A stretch of 64,000 bases of DNA from the human T2T-CHM13v2.0 reference genome, Homo sapiens, in assembly GCF_009914755.1 (NCBI RefSeq), contig NC_060942.1, one strand, 5' to 3'. The notes beneath the pieces were generated by a model that did not search any database, was not told the DNA's origin, and saw only the letters and a list, made by a program, of their open reading frames with translations. Positions 25,301 to 40,300 of the stretch are shown piece by piece; within the stretch, counting starts at the first letter, position 1, and every line of letters starts with the position of its first letter. The translations under genes were made by a program, and so were the position numbers.

Positions 25301-28300
25301 GGAGCGCTTTCCGGCCTAAGGTGAAAAAGGAAATATCTTCCCATAAAAACTAGACAGAAGCATTCTCAGAAACTTACTCGTGATGTGTGTCCTCAACTAA
25401 AGGAGTAGAACCTTTCTATTCATAGAGAAGTTTTGAAACGCTCTTTTTGTGGAATCTCCAAGTCGATATTTGGCTAGTTTTGAGGATTTCGTTGGAAGCG
25501 GGAATTCATACAAATTGCAGACTGCAGCGTTCTGAGAAACATCTTTGTGATGTTTGTATTCAGGACACAGAGATGAACATTCCCTATCATAGAGCATGTT
25601 GGAATCACTCCTTTTGTAGTATCTGGAAGTGGACATTTGGAGCGCTTTCAGGCCTATGTTGAAAAAGGAAATATCTTCCCATAACAACTAGACACAAGCG
25701 TTCTCAGAAACTTGTTTGTGATGTGTGCCCTCTACTGACAGAGTTGAACCTTTCTTTTCATAGAGCAGTTTTGAAACACTCTTTTTGTAGAATCTGCAAG
25801 AGGATATTTGCATAGCTTTGAGGATTTCGTGGGAAACGGGATTGTCTTCAGGTAAAATCTAGACAGAAGCATTCTCAGAAACTTCTTTGGGATGTTTGCA
25901 TTCAAGTCACAGAGTAGAACATTCCCTTTGGTAGAGCAGGTTTGAAACACTCTTTTTGTAGTATCTGGAAGTGGACATTTGGAGCGCTTTCAGGCCCATG
26001 TTGGAAAGGGAAATATCTTCCCGTAACAACTAGGCAGAAGCATTCTCAGAAACTTATTTGAGATGTGTGTACTCAACTAAGAGAATTGAACCACCGTTTT
26101 GAAGGAGCAGTTTTGAAACACTCTTTTTCTGGAATCTGCAAGAGTATATTTGCCTAGCCTTGAGGATTTCGTTGGAAACGGGATTGTCTTCAGATAAAAT
26201 CTAGACAGAAGCATTCTCAGAAACTTCTTTGGGATGTTTGCATTCAAGTCACAGAGTAGAACATTCCCTTTGGTAGAGCAGGTTTGAAACACTCTTTTTT
26301 TAGTATATGGAAGTGGACATTTGGAGCGCTTTCAGGCCTACGTTGGAAAAGGAAATATCTTCCCATAACAACTAGACAGAAGCATTCTCAGAAACTAGTT
26401 TCTGATGTGTGTCCTCAACTAACACAGTTGTACATTTCTTTATACAGAACAGTTTTGAAACACTCTTTTTGTGGAATCTGCAAGTGGATATTGGGCTAGA
26501 TTTGAGGATTTCGTTGGAAACGGGATTACATATAAAAAGCAGACAGCAGCATTCTCAGAAAGTTCTTTGTGATGATTGCATTCAAGTCACAGAATTGAAC
26601 ATTCCCTTTCACAGAGCAGGTTTGAAACACTCTTTTTGTAGTGTGTGTAAGTGGACATTTGGAGCGCTTTCCGGCCTAAGGTGAAAAAGGAAATATCTTC
26701 CCATAAAAACTAGACAGAAGCATTCTCAGAAACTTACTCGTGATGTGTGTCCTCAACTAAAGGAGTAGAACCTTTCTATTCATAGAGAAGTTTTGAAACG
26801 CTCTTTTTGTGGAATCTCCAAGTGGATATTTGGCTAGTTTTGAGGATTTCGTTGGAAGCGGGAATTCATACAAATTGCAGACTGCAGCGTTCTGAGAAAC
26901 ATCTTTGTGATGTTTGTATTCAGGACACAGAGATGAACATTCCCTATCATAGAGCAGGTTGGAATCACTCCTTTTGTAGTATCTGGAAGTGGACATTTGG
27001 AGCGCTTTCAGGCCTATGTTGAAAAAGGAAATATCTTCCCATAACAACTAGACACAAGCATTCTCAGAAAGTTGTTTGTGATGTGTGCCCTCTACTGACA
27101 GAGTTGAACCTTTCTTTTCATAGAGCAGTTTTGAAACACTCTTTTTGTAGAATCCGCAAGAGGATATTTGCATAGCTTTGAGGATTTCGTGGGAAACGGG
27201 ATTGTCTTCAGGTAAAATCTAGACAGAAGCATTCTCAGAAACTTCTTTGGGATGTTTGCATTCAAGTCACAGAGTAGAACATTCCCTTTGGTAGAGCAGG
27301 TTTGAAACACTCTTTTTGTAGTATCTGGAAGTGGACATTTGGAGCGCTTTCAGGCCCATGTTGGAAAGGGAAATATCTTCCCGTAACAACTAGGCAGAAG
27401 CATTCTCAGAAACTTATTTGAGATGTGTGTACTCAACTAAGAGAATTGAACCACCGTTTTGAAGGAGCAGTTTTGAAACCCTCTTTTTCTGGAATCTGCA
27501 AGAGTATATTTGCCTAGCCTTGAGGATTTCGTTGGAAACGGGATTGTCTTCAGATAAAATCTAGACAGAAGCATTCTCAGAAACTTCTTTGGGATGTTTG
27601 CATTCAAGTCACAGAGTAGAACATTCCCTTTGGTAGAGCAGGTTTGAAACACTCTTTTTTTAGTATATGGAAGTGGACATTTGGAGCGCTTTCAGGCCTA
27701 CGTTGGAAAAGGAAATATCTTCCCATAACAACTAGACAGAAGCATTCTCAGAAACTAGTTTCTGATGTGTGTCCTCAACTAACACAGTTGTACATTTCTT
27801 TATACAGAACAGTTTTGAAACACTCTTTTTGTGGAATCTGCAAGTGGATATTGGGCTAGATTTGAGGATTTCGTTGGAAACGGGATTACATATAAAAAGC
27901 AGACAGCAGCATTCTCAGAAAGTTCTTTGTGATGATTGCATTCAAGTCACAGAATTGAACATTCCCTTTCACAGAGCAGGTTTGAAACACTCTTTTTGTA
28001 GTGTGTGTAAGTGGACATTTGGAGCGCTTTCCGGCCTAAGGTGAAAAAGGAAATATCTTCCCATAAAAACTAGACAGAAGCATTCTCAGAAACTTACTCG
28101 TGATGTGTGTCCTCAACTAAAGGAGTAGAACCTTTCTATTCATAGAGAAGTTTTGAAACGCTCTTTTTGTGGAATCTCCAAGTCGATATTTGGCTAGTTT
28201 TGAGGATTTCGTTGGAAGCGGGAATTCATACAAATTGCAGACTGCAGCGTTCTGAGAAACATCTTTGTGATGTTTGTATTCAGGACACAGAGATGAACAT

Positions 28301-31300
28301 TCCCTATCATAGAGCAGGTTGGAATCACTCCTTTTGTAGTATCTGGAAGTGGACATTTGGAGCGCTTTCAGGCCTATGTTGAAAAAGGAAATATTTTCCC
28401 ATAACAACTAGACACAAGCATTCTCAGAAACTTGTTTGTGATGTGTGCCCTCTACTGACAGAGTTGAACCTTTCTTTTCATAGAGCAGTTTTGAAACACT
28501 CTTTTTGTAGAATCCGCAAGAGGATATTTGCATCGCTTTGAGGATTTCGTGGGAAACGGGATTGTCTTCAGGTAAAATCTAGACAGAAGCATTCTCAGAA
28601 ACTTCTTTGGGATGTTTGCATTCAAGTCACAGAGTAGAACATTCCCTTTGGTAGAGCAGGTTTGAAACACTCTTTTTGTAGTATCTGGAAGTGGACATTT
28701 GGAGCGCTTTCAGGCCCATGTTGGAAAGGGAAATATCTTCCCGTAACAACTAGGCAGAAGCATTCTCAGAAACTTATTTGAGATGTGTGTACTCAACTAA
28801 GAGAATTGAACCACCGTTTTGAAGGAGCAGTTTTGAAACACTCTTTTTCTGGAATCTGCAAGAGTATATTTGCCTAGCCTTGAGGATTTCGTTGGAAACG
28901 GGATTGTCTTCAGATAAAATCTAGACAGAAGCATTCTCAGAAACTTCTTTGGGATGTTTGCATTCAAGTCACAGAGTAGAACATTCCCTTTGGTAGAGCA
29001 GGTTTGAAACACTCTTTTTTTAGTATATGGAAGTGGACATTTGGAGCGCTTTCAGGCCTACGTTGGAAAAGGAAATATCTTCCCATAACAACTAGACAGA
29101 AGCATTCTCAGAAACTAGTTTCTGATGTGTGTCCTCAACTAACACAGTTGAACTTTTCTTTAGACAGAACAGTTTTGAAACACTCTTTTTGTGGAATCTG
29201 CAAGTGGATATTGGGCTAGATTTGAGGATTTCGTTGGAAACGGGATTACATATAAAAAGCAGACAGCAGCATTCTCAGAAAGTTCTTTGTGATGATTGCA
29301 TTCAAGTCACAGAATTGAACATTCCCTTTCACAGAGCAGGTTTGAAGCACTCTTTCTGTAGTGTGTGTAAGTGGACATTTGTAGCGCTTTCCGGCCTAAG
29401 GTGAAAAAGGACATATCTTCCCATAAAAACTAGACAGAAGCATTCTCAGAAACTTACTCGTGATGTGTGTCCTCAACTAAAGGAGTAGAACCTTTCTATT
29501 CATAGAGAAGTTTTGAAACGCTCTTTTTGTGGAATCTCCAAGTGGATATTTGGCTAGTGTTGAGGATTTCGTAGGAAGCGGGAATTCATACAAATTGCAG
29601 ACTGCAGCGTTCTGAGAAACATCTTTGTGATGTTTGTATTCAGGACACAGACATGAACATTCCCTATCATAGAGCAGGTTGGAATCACTCCTTTTGTAGT
29701 ATCTGGAAGTGGACATTTGGAGCGCTTTCAGGCCTATGTTGAAAAAGGAAATATCTTCCCATAACAACTAGACACAAGCATTCTCAGAAACTTGTTTGTG
29801 ATGTGTGCCCTCTACTGACAGAGTTGAACCTTTCTTTTCATAGAGCAGTTTTGAAACACTCTTTTTGTAGAATCCGCAAGAGGATATTTGCATAGCTTTG
29901 AGGATTTCGTGGGAAACGGGATTGTCTTCAGGTAAAATCTAGACAGAAGCATTCTCAGAAACTTCTTTGGGATGTTTGCATTCAAGTCACAGAGTAGAAC
30001 ATTCCCTTTGGTAGAGTAGGTTTGAAACACTCTTTTTGTAGTATCTGGAAGTGGACATTTGGAGCGCTTTCAGGCCCATGTTGGAAAGGGAAATATCTTC
30101 CCGTAACAACTAGGCAGAAGCATTCTCAGAAACTTATTTGAGATGTGTGTACTCAACTAAGAGAATTGAACCACCGTTTTGAAGGAGCAGTTTTGAAACA
30201 CTCTTTTTCTGGAATCTGCAAGAGTATATTTTCCTAGCCTTGAGGATTTCGTTGGAAACGGGATTGTCTTCAGATAAAATCTAGACAGAAGCATTCTCAG
30301 AAACTTCTTTGGGATGTTTGCATTCATGTCACAGAGTAGAACATTCCCTTTGGTAGAGCAGGTTTGAAACACTCTTTTTTTAGTATATGGAAGTGGACAT
30401 TTGGAGCGCTTTCAGGCCTACGTTGGAAAAGGAAATATCTTCCCATAACAACTAGACAGAAGCATTCTCAGAAACTAGTTTCTGATGTGTGTCCTCAACT
30501 AACACAGTTGTACATTTCTTTAGACAGAACAGTTTTGAAACACTCTTTTTGTGGAATCTGCAAGTGGATATTGGGCTAGATTTGAGGATTTCGTGGGAAA
30601 CGGGATTACATATAAAAAGCAGTCAGCAGCATTCTCAGAAAGTTCTTTGTGATGATTGCATTCAAGTCACAGAATTGAACATTCCCTTTCACAGAGCAGG
30701 TTTGAAACACTCTTTTTGTAGTGTGTGTAAGTGGACATTTGGAGTGCTTTCCGGCCTAAGGTGAAAAAGGACATATCTTCCCATAAAAACTAGACAGAAG
30801 CATTCTCAGAAACTTACTCGTGATGTGTGTCCTCAACTAAAGGAGTAGAACCTTTCTATTCATAGAGAAGTTTTGAAACGCTCTTTTTGTGGAATCTCCA
30901 AGTGGATATTTGGTTAGTTTTGAGGATTTCGTTGGAAGCGGGAATTCATACAAATTGCAGACTGCAGCGTTCTGAGAAACATCTTTGTGATGTTTGTATT
31001 CAAGACACAGAGATGAACATTCCCTATCATAGAGCATGTTGGAATCACTCCTTTTGTAGTATCTGGAAGTGGACATTTGGAGCGCTTTCAGGCCTATGTT
31101 GAAAAAGGAAATATCTTCCCATAACAACTAGACACAAGCGTTCTCAGAAACTTGTTTGTGATGTGTGCCCTCTACTGACAGAGTTGAACCTTTCTTTTCA
31201 TAGAGCAGTTTTGAAACACTCTTTTTGTAGAATCTGCAAGAGGATATTTGCATAGCTTTGAGGATTTCGTGGGAAACGGGATTGTCTTCAGGTAAAATCT

Positions 31301-34300
31301 AGACAGAAGCATTCTCAGAAACTTCTTTGGGATGTTTGCATTCAAGTCACAGAGTAGAACATTCCCTTTGGTAGAGCAGGTTTGAAACACTCTTTTTGTA
31401 GTATCTGGAAGTGGACATTTGGAGCGCTTTCAGGCCCATGTTGGAAAGGGAAATATCTTCCCGTAACAACTAGGCAGAAGCATTCTCAGAAACTTATTTG
31501 AGATGTGTGTACTCAACTAAGAGAATTGAACCACCGTTTTGAAGGAGCAGTTTTGAAACCCTCTTTTTCTGGAATCTGCAAGAGTATATTTGCCTAGCCT
31601 TGAGGATTTCGTTGGAAACGGGATTGTCTTCAGATAAAATCTAGACAGAAGCATTCTCAGAAACTTCTTTGGGATGTTTGCATTCAAGTCACAGAGTAGA
31701 ACATTCCCTTTGGTAGAGCAGGTTTGAAACACTCTTTTTTTAGTATATGGAAGTGGACATTTGGAGCGCTTTCAGGCCTACGTTGGAAAAGGAAATATCT
31801 TCCCATAACAACTAGACAGAAGCATTCTCAGAAACTAGTTTCTGATGTGTGTCCTCAACTAACACAGTTGTACATTTCTTTATACAGAACAGTTTTGAAA
31901 CACTCTTTTTGTGGAATCTGCAAGTGGATATTGGGCTAGATTTGAGGATTTCGTTGGAAACGGGATTACATATAAAAAGCAGACAGCAGCATTCTCAGAA
32001 AGTTCTTTGTGATGATTGCATTCAAGTCACAGAATTGAACATTCCCTTTCACAGAGCAGGTTTGAAACACTCTTTTTGTAGTGTGTGTAAGTGGACATTT
32101 GGAGCGCTTTCCGGCCTAAGGTGAAAAAGGAAATATCTTCCCATAAAAACTAGACAGAAGCATTCTCAGAAACTTACTCGTGATGTGTGTCCTCAACTAA
32201 AGGAGTAGAACCTTTCTATTCATAGAGAAGTTTTGAAACGCTCTTTTTGTGGAATCTCCAAGTGGATATTTGGCTAGTTTTGAGGATTTCGTTGGAAGCG
32301 GGAATTCATACAAATTGCAGACTGCAGCGTTCTGAGAAACATCTTTGTGATGTTTGTATTCAGGACACAGAGATGAACATTCCCTATCATAGAGCAGGTT
32401 GGAATCACTCCTTTTGTAGTATCTGGAAGTGGACATTTGGAGCGCTTTCAGGCCTATGTTGAAAAAGGAAATATCTTCCCATAACAACTAGACACAAGCA
32501 TTCTCAGAAAGTTGTTTGTGATGTGTGCCCTCTACTGACAGAGTTGAACCTTTCTTTTCATAGAGCAGTTTTGAAACACTCTTTTTGTAGAATCCGCAAG
32601 AGGATATTTGCATAGCTTTGAGGATTTCGTGGGAAACGGGATTGTCTTCAGGTAAAATCTAGACAGAAGCATTCTCAGAAACTTCTTTGGGATGTTTGCA
32701 TTCAAGTCACAGAGTAGAACATTCCCTTTGGTAGAGCAGGTTTGAAACACTCTTTTTGTAGTATCTGGAAGTGGACATTTGGAGCGCTTTCAGGCCCATG
32801 TTGGAAAGGGAAATATCTTCCCGTAACAACTAGGCAGAAGCATTCTCAGAAACTTATTTGAGATGTGTGTACTCAACTAAGAGAATTGAACCACCGTTTT
32901 GAAGGAGCAGTTTTGAAACCCTCTTTTTCTGGAATCTGCAAGAGTATATTTGCCTAGCCTTGAGGATTTCGTTGGAAACGGGATTGTCTTCAGATAAAAT
33001 CTAGACAGAAGCATTCTCAGAAACTTCTTTGGGATGTTTGCATTCAAGTCACAGAGTAGAACATTCCCTTTGGTAGAGCAGGTTTGAAACACTCTTTTTT
33101 TAGTATATGGAAGTGGACATTTGGAGCGCTTTCAGGCCTACGTTGGAAAAGGAAATATCTTCCCATAACAACTAGACAGAAGCATTCTCAGAAACTAGTT
33201 TCTGATGTGTGTCCTCAACTAACACAGTTGTACATTTCTTTATACAGAACAGTTTTGAAACACTCTTTTTGTGGAATCTGCAAGTGGATATTGGGCTAGA
33301 TTTGAGGATTTCGTTGGAAACGGGATTACATATAAAAAGCAGACAGCAGCATTCTCAGAAAGTTCTTTGTGATGATTGCATTCAAGTCACAGAATTGAAC
33401 ATTCCCTTTCACAGAGCAGGTTTGAAACACTCTTTTTGTAGTGTGTGTAAGTGGACATTTGGAGCGCTTTCCGGCCTAAGGTGAAAAAGGAAATATCTTC
33501 CCATAAAAACTAGACAGAAGCATTCTCAGAAACTTACTCGTGATGTGTGTCCTCAACTAAAGGAGTAGAACCTTTCTATTCATAGAGAAGTTTTGAAACG
33601 CTCTTTTTGTGGAATCTCCAAGTCGATATTTGGCTAGTTTTGAGGATTTCGTTGGAAGCGGGAATTCATACAAATTGCAGACTGCAGCGTTCTGAGAAAC
33701 ATCTTTGTGATGTTTGTATTCAGGACACAGAGATGAACATTCCCTATCATAGAGCAGGTTGGAATCACTCCTTTTGTAGTATCTGGAAGTGGACATTTGG
33801 AGCGCTTTCAGGCCTATGTTGAAAAAGGAAATATTTTCCCATAACAACTAGACACAAGCATTCTCAGAAACTTGTTTGTGATGTGTGCCCTCTACTGACA
33901 GAGTTGAACCTTTCTTTTCATAGAGCAGTTTTGAAACACTCTTTTTGTAGAATCCGCAAGAGGATATTTGCATCGCTTTGAGGATTTCGTGGGAAACGGG
34001 ATTGTCTTCAGGTAAAATCTAGACAGAAGCATTCTCAGAAACTTCTTTGGGATGTTTGCATTGAAGTCACAGAGTAGAACATTCCCTTTGGTAGAGCAGG
34101 TTTGAAACACTCTTTTTGTAGTATCTGGAAGTGGACATTTGGAGCGCTTTCAGGCCCATGTTGGAAAGGGAAATATCTTCCCGTAACAACTAGGCAGAAG
34201 CATTCTCAGAAACTTATTTGAGATGTGTGTACTCAACTAAGAGAATTGAACCACCGTTTTGAAGGAGCAGTTTTGAAACACTCTTTTTCTGGAATCTGCA

Positions 34301-37300
34301 AGAGTATATTTGCCTAGCCTTGAGGATTTCGTTGGAAACGGGATTGTCTTCAGATAAAATCTAGACAGAAGCATTCTCAGAAACTTCTTTGGGATGTTTG
34401 CATTCAAGTCACAGAGTAGAACATTCCCTTTGGTAGAGCAGGTTTGAAACACTCTTTTTTTAGTATATGGAAGTGGACATTTGGAGCGCTTTCAGGCCTA
34501 CGTTGGAAAAGGAAATATCTTCCCATAACAACTAGACAGAAGCATTCTCAGAAACTAGTTTCTGATGTGTGTCCTCAACTAACACAGTTGAACTTTTCTT
34601 TAGACAGAACAGTTTTGAAACACTCTTTTTGTGGAATCTGCAAGTGGATATTGGGCTAGATTTGAGTATTTCGTTGGAAACGGGATTACATATAAAAAGC
34701 AGTCAGCAGCATTCTCAGAAAGTTCTTTGTGATGATTGCATTCAAGTCACAGAATTGAACATTCCCTTTCACAGAGCAGGTTTGAAACACTCTTTCTGTA
34801 GTGTGTGTAAGTGGACATTTGGAGCGCTTTCCGGCCTAAGGTGAAAAAGGACATATCTTCCCATAAAAACTAGACAGAAGCATTCTGAGAAACTTACTCG
34901 TGATGTGTGTCCTCAACTAAAGGAGTAGAACCTTTCTATTCATAGAGAAGTTTTGAAACGCTCTTTTTGTGGAATCTCCAAGTGGATATTTGGCTAGTGT
35001 TGAGGATTTCGTAGGAAGCGGGAATTCATCCAAATTGCAGACTGCAGCGTTCTGAGAAACATCTTTGTGATGTTTGTATTCAGGACACAGAGATGAACAT
35101 TCCCTATCATAGAGCAGGTTGGAATCACTCCTTTTGTAGTATCTGGAAGTGGACATTTGGAGCGCTTTCAGGCCTATGTTGAAAAAGGAAATATCTTCCC
35201 ATAACAACTAGACACAAGCATTCTCAGAAACTTGTTTGTGATGTGTGCCCTCTACTGACAGAGTTGAACCTTTCTTTTCATAGAGCAGTTTTGAAACACT
35301 CTTTTTGTAGAATCCGCAAGAGGATATTTGCATAGCTTTGAGGATTTCGTGGGAAACGGGATTGTCTTCAGGTAAAATCTAGACAGAAGCATTCTCAGAA
35401 ACTTCTTTGGGATGTTTGCATTCAAGTCACAGAGTAGAACATTCCCTTTGGTAGAGCAGGTTTGAAACACTCTTTTTGTAGTATCTGGAAGTGGACATTT
35501 GGAGCGCTTTCAGGCCCATGTTGGAAAGGGAAATATCTTCCCGTAACAACTAGGCAGAAGCATTCTCAGAAACTTATTTGAGATGTGTGTACTCAACTAA
35601 GAGAATTGAACCACCGTTTTGAAGGAGCAGTTTTGAAACACTCTTTTTCTGGAATCTGCAAGAGTATATTTGCCTAGCCTTGAGGATTTCGTTGGAAACG
35701 GGATTGTCTTCAGATAAAATCTAGACAGAAGCATTCTCAGAAACTTCTTTGGGATGTTTGCATTCAAGTCACAGAGTAGAACATTCCCTTTGGTAGAGCA
35801 GGTTTGAAACACTCTTTTTTTAGTATATGGAAGTGGACATTTGGAGCGCTTTCAGGCCTACGTTGGAAAAGGAAATATCTTCCCATAACAACTAGACAGA
35901 AGCATTCTCAGAAACTAGTTTGTGATGTGTGTCCTCAACTAACACAGTTGTACATTTCTTTAGACAGAACAGTTTTGAAACACTCTTTTTGTGGAATCTG
36001 CAAGTGGATATTTGGCTAGATTTGAGTATTTCGTTGGAAACGGGATTACATATAAAAAGCAGTCAGCAGCATTCTCAGAAAGTTCTTTGTGATGATTGCA
36101 TTCAAGTCACAGAATTGAACATTCCCTTTCACAGAGCAGGTTTGAAGCACTCTTTCTGTAGTGTGTGTAAGTGGACATTTGGAGCGCTTTCCGGCCTAAG
36201 GTGAAAAAGGACATATCTTCCCATAAAAACTAGACAGAAGCATTCTCAGAAACTTACTCGTGATGTGTGTCCTCAACTAAAGGAGTAGAACCTTTCTATT
36301 CATAGAGAAGTTTTGAAACGCTCTTTTTGTGGAATCTCCAAGTGGATATTTGGCTAGTGTTGAGGATTTCGTAGGAAGCGGGAATTCATACAAATTGCAG
36401 ACTGCAGCGTTCTGAGAAACATCTTTGTGATGTTTGTATTCAGGACACAGACATGAACATTCCCTATCATAGAGCAGGTTGGAATCACTCCTTTTGTAGT
36501 ATCTGGAAGTGGACATTTGGAGCGCTTTCAGGCCTATGTTGAAAAAGGAAATATCTTCCCATAACAACTAGACACAAGCATTCTCAGAAACTTGTTTGTG
36601 ATGTGTGCCCTCTACTGACAGAGTTGAACCTTTCTTTTCATAGAGCAGTTTTGAAACACTCTTTTTGTAGAATCCGCAAGAGGATATTTGCATAGCTTTG
36701 AGGATTTCGTGGGAAACGGGATTGTCTTCAGGTAAAATCTAGACAGAAGCATTCTCAGAAACTTCTTTGGGATGTTTGCATTCAAGTCACAGAGTAGAAC
36801 ATTCCCTTTGGTAGAGTAGGTTTGAAACACTCTTTTTGTAGTATCTGGAAGTGGACATTTGGAGCGCTTTCAGGCCCATGTTGGAAAGGGAAATATCTTC
36901 CCGTAACAACTAGGCAGAAGCATTCTCAGAAACTTATTTGAGATGTGTGTACTCAACTAAGAGAATTGAACCACCGTTTTGAAGGAGCAGTTTTGAAACA
37001 CTCTTTTTCTGGAATCTGCAAGAGTATATTTTCCTAGCCTTGAGGATTTCGTTGGAAACGGGATTGTCTTCAGATAAAATCTAGACAGAAGCATTCTCAG
37101 AAACTTCTTTGGGATGTTTGCATTCAAGTCACAGAGTAGAACATTCCCTTTGGTAGAGCAGGTTTGAAACACTCTTTTTTTAGTATATGGAAGTGGACAT
37201 TTGGAGCGCTTTCAGGCCTACGTTGGAAAAGGAAATATCTTCCCATAACAACTAGACAGAAGCATTCTCAGAAACTAGTTTCTGATGTGTGTCCTCAACT

Positions 37301-40300
37301 AACACAGTTGTACATTTCTTTAGACAGAACAGTTTTGAAACACTCTTTTTGTGGAATCTGCAAGTGGATATTGGGCTAGATTTGAGGATTTCGTTGGAAA
37401 CGGGATTACATATAAAAAGCAGTCAGCAGCATTCTCAGAAAGTTCTTTGTGATGATTGCATTCAAGTCACAGAATTGAACATTCCCTTTCACAGAGCAGG
37501 TTTGAAACACTCTTTTTGTAGTGTGTGTAAGTGGACATTTGGAGTGCTTTCCGGCCTAAGGTGAAAAAGGACATATCTTCCCATAAAAACTAGACAGAAG
37601 CATTCTCAGAAACTTACTCGTGATGTGTGTCCTCAACTAAAGGAGTAGAACCTTTCTATTCATAGAGAAGTTTTGAAACGCTCTTTTTGTGGAATCTCCA
37701 AGTGGATATTTGGTTAGTTTTGAGGATTTCGTTGGAAGCGGGAATTCATACAAATTGCAGACTGCAGCGTTCTGAGAAACATCTTTGTGATGTTTGTATT
37801 CAAGACACAGAGATGAACATTCCCTATCATAGAGCATGTTGGAATCACTCCTTTTGTAGTATCTGGAAGTGGACATTTGGAGCGCTTTCAGGCCTATGTT
37901 GAAAAAGGAAATATCTTCCCATAACAACTAGACACAAGCGTTCTCAGAAACTTGTTTGTGATGTGTGCCCTCTACTGACAGAGTTGAACCTTTCTTTTCA
38001 TAGAGCAGTTTTGAAACACTCTTTTTGTAGAATCTGCAAGAGGATATTTGCATAGCTTTGAGGATTTCGTGGGAAACGGGATTGTCTTCAGGTAAAATCT
38101 AGACAGAAGCATTCTCAGAAACTTCTTTGGGATGTTTGCATTCAAGTCACAGAGTAGAACATTCCCTTTGGTAGAGCAGGTTTGAAACACTCTTTTTGTA
38201 GTATCTGGAAGTGGACATTTGGAGCGCTTTCAGGCCCATGTTGGAAAGGGAAATATCTTCCCGTAACAACTAGGCAGAAGCATTCTCAGAAACTTATTTG
38301 AGATGTGTGTACTCAACTAAGAGAATTGAACCACCGTTTTGAAGGAGCAGTTTTGAAACCCTCTTTTTCTGGAATCTGCAAGAGTATATTTGCCTAGCCT
38401 TGAGGATTTCGTTGGAAACGGGATTGTCTTCAGATAAAATCTAGACAGAAGCATTCTCAGAAACTTCTTTGGGATGTTTGCATTCAAGTCACAGAGTAGA
38501 ACATTCCCTTTGGTAGAGCAGGTTTGAAACACTCTTTTTTTAGTATATGGAAGTGGACATTTGGAGCGCTTTCAGGCCTACGTTGGAAAAGGAAATATCT
38601 TCCCATAACAACTAGACAGAAGCATTCTCAGAAACTAGTTTCTGATGTGTGTCCTCAACTAACACAGTTGTACATTTCTTTATACAGAACAGTTTTGAAA
38701 CACTCTTTTTGTGGAATCTGCAAGTGGATATTGGGCTAGATTTGAGGATTTCGTTGGAAACGGGATTACATATAAAAAGCAGACAGCAGCATTCTCAGAA
38801 AGTTCTTTGTGATGATTGCATTCAAGTCACAGAATTGAACATTCCCTTTCACAGAGCAGGTTTGAAACACTCTTTTTGTAGTGTGTGTAAGTGGACATTT
38901 GGAGCGCTTTCCGGCCTAAGGTGAAAAAGGAAATATCTTCCCATAAAAACTAGACAGAAGCATTCTCAGAAACTTACTCGTGATGTGTGTCCTCAACTAA
39001 AGGAGTAGAACCTTTCTATTCATAGAGAAGTTTTGAAACGCTCTTTTTGTGGAATCTCCAAGTGGATATTTGGCTAGTTTTGAGGATTTCGTTGGAAGCG
39101 GGAATTCATACAAATTGCAGACTGCAGCGTTCTGAGAAACATCTTTGTGATGTTTGTATTCAGGACACAGAGATGAACATTCCCTATCATAGAGCAGGTT
39201 GGAATCACTCCTTTTGTAGTATCTGGAAGTGGACATTTGGAGCGCTTTCAGGCCTATGTTGAAAAAGGAAATATCTTCCCATAACAACTAGACACAAGCA
39301 TTCTCAGAAAGTTGTTTGTGATGTGTGCCCTCTACTGACAGAGTTGAACCTTTCTTTTCATAGAGCAGTTTTGAAACACTCTTTTTGTAGAATCCGCAAG
39401 AGGATATTTGCATAGCTTTGAGGATTTCGTGGGAAACGGGATTGTCTTCAGGTAAAATCTAGACAGAAGCATTCTCAGAAACTTCTTTGGGATGTTTGCA
39501 TTCAAGTCACAGAGTAGAACATTCCCTTTGGTAGAGCAGGTTTGAAACACTCTTTTTGTAGTATCTGGAAGTGGACATTTGGAGCGCTTTCAGGCCCATG
39601 TTGGAAAGGGAAATATCTTCCCGTAACAACTAGGCAGAAGCATTCTCAGAAACTTATTTGAGATGTGTGTACTCAACTAAGAGAATTGAACCACCGTTTT
39701 GAAGGAGCAGTTTTGAAACCCTCTTTTTCTGGAATCTGCAAGAGTATATTTGCCTAGCCTTGAGGATTTCGTTGGAAACGGGATTGTCTTCAGATAAAAT
39801 CTAGACAGAAGCATTCTCAGAAACTTCTTTGGGATGTTTGCATTCAAGTCACAGAGTAGAACATTCCCTTTGGTAGAGCAGGTTTGAAACACTCTTTTTT
39901 TAGTATATGGAAGTGGACATTTGGAGCGCTTTCAGGCCTACGTTGGAAAAGGAAATATCTTCCCATAACAACTAGACAGAAGCATTCTCAGAAACTAGTT
40001 TCTGATGTGTGTCCTCAACTAACACAGTTGTACATTTCTTTATACAGAACAGTTTTGAAACACTCTTTTTGTGGAATCTGCAAGTGGATATTGGGCTAGA
40101 TTTGAGGATTTCGTTGGAAACGGGATTACATATAAAAAGCAGACAGCAGCATTCTCAGAAAGTTCTTTGTGATGATTGCATTCAAGTCACAGAATTGAAC
40201 ATTCCCTTTCACAGAGCAGGTTTGAAACACTCTTTTTGTAGTGTGTGTAAGTGGACATTTGGAGTGCTTTCCGGCCTAAGGTGAAAAAGGACATATCTTC

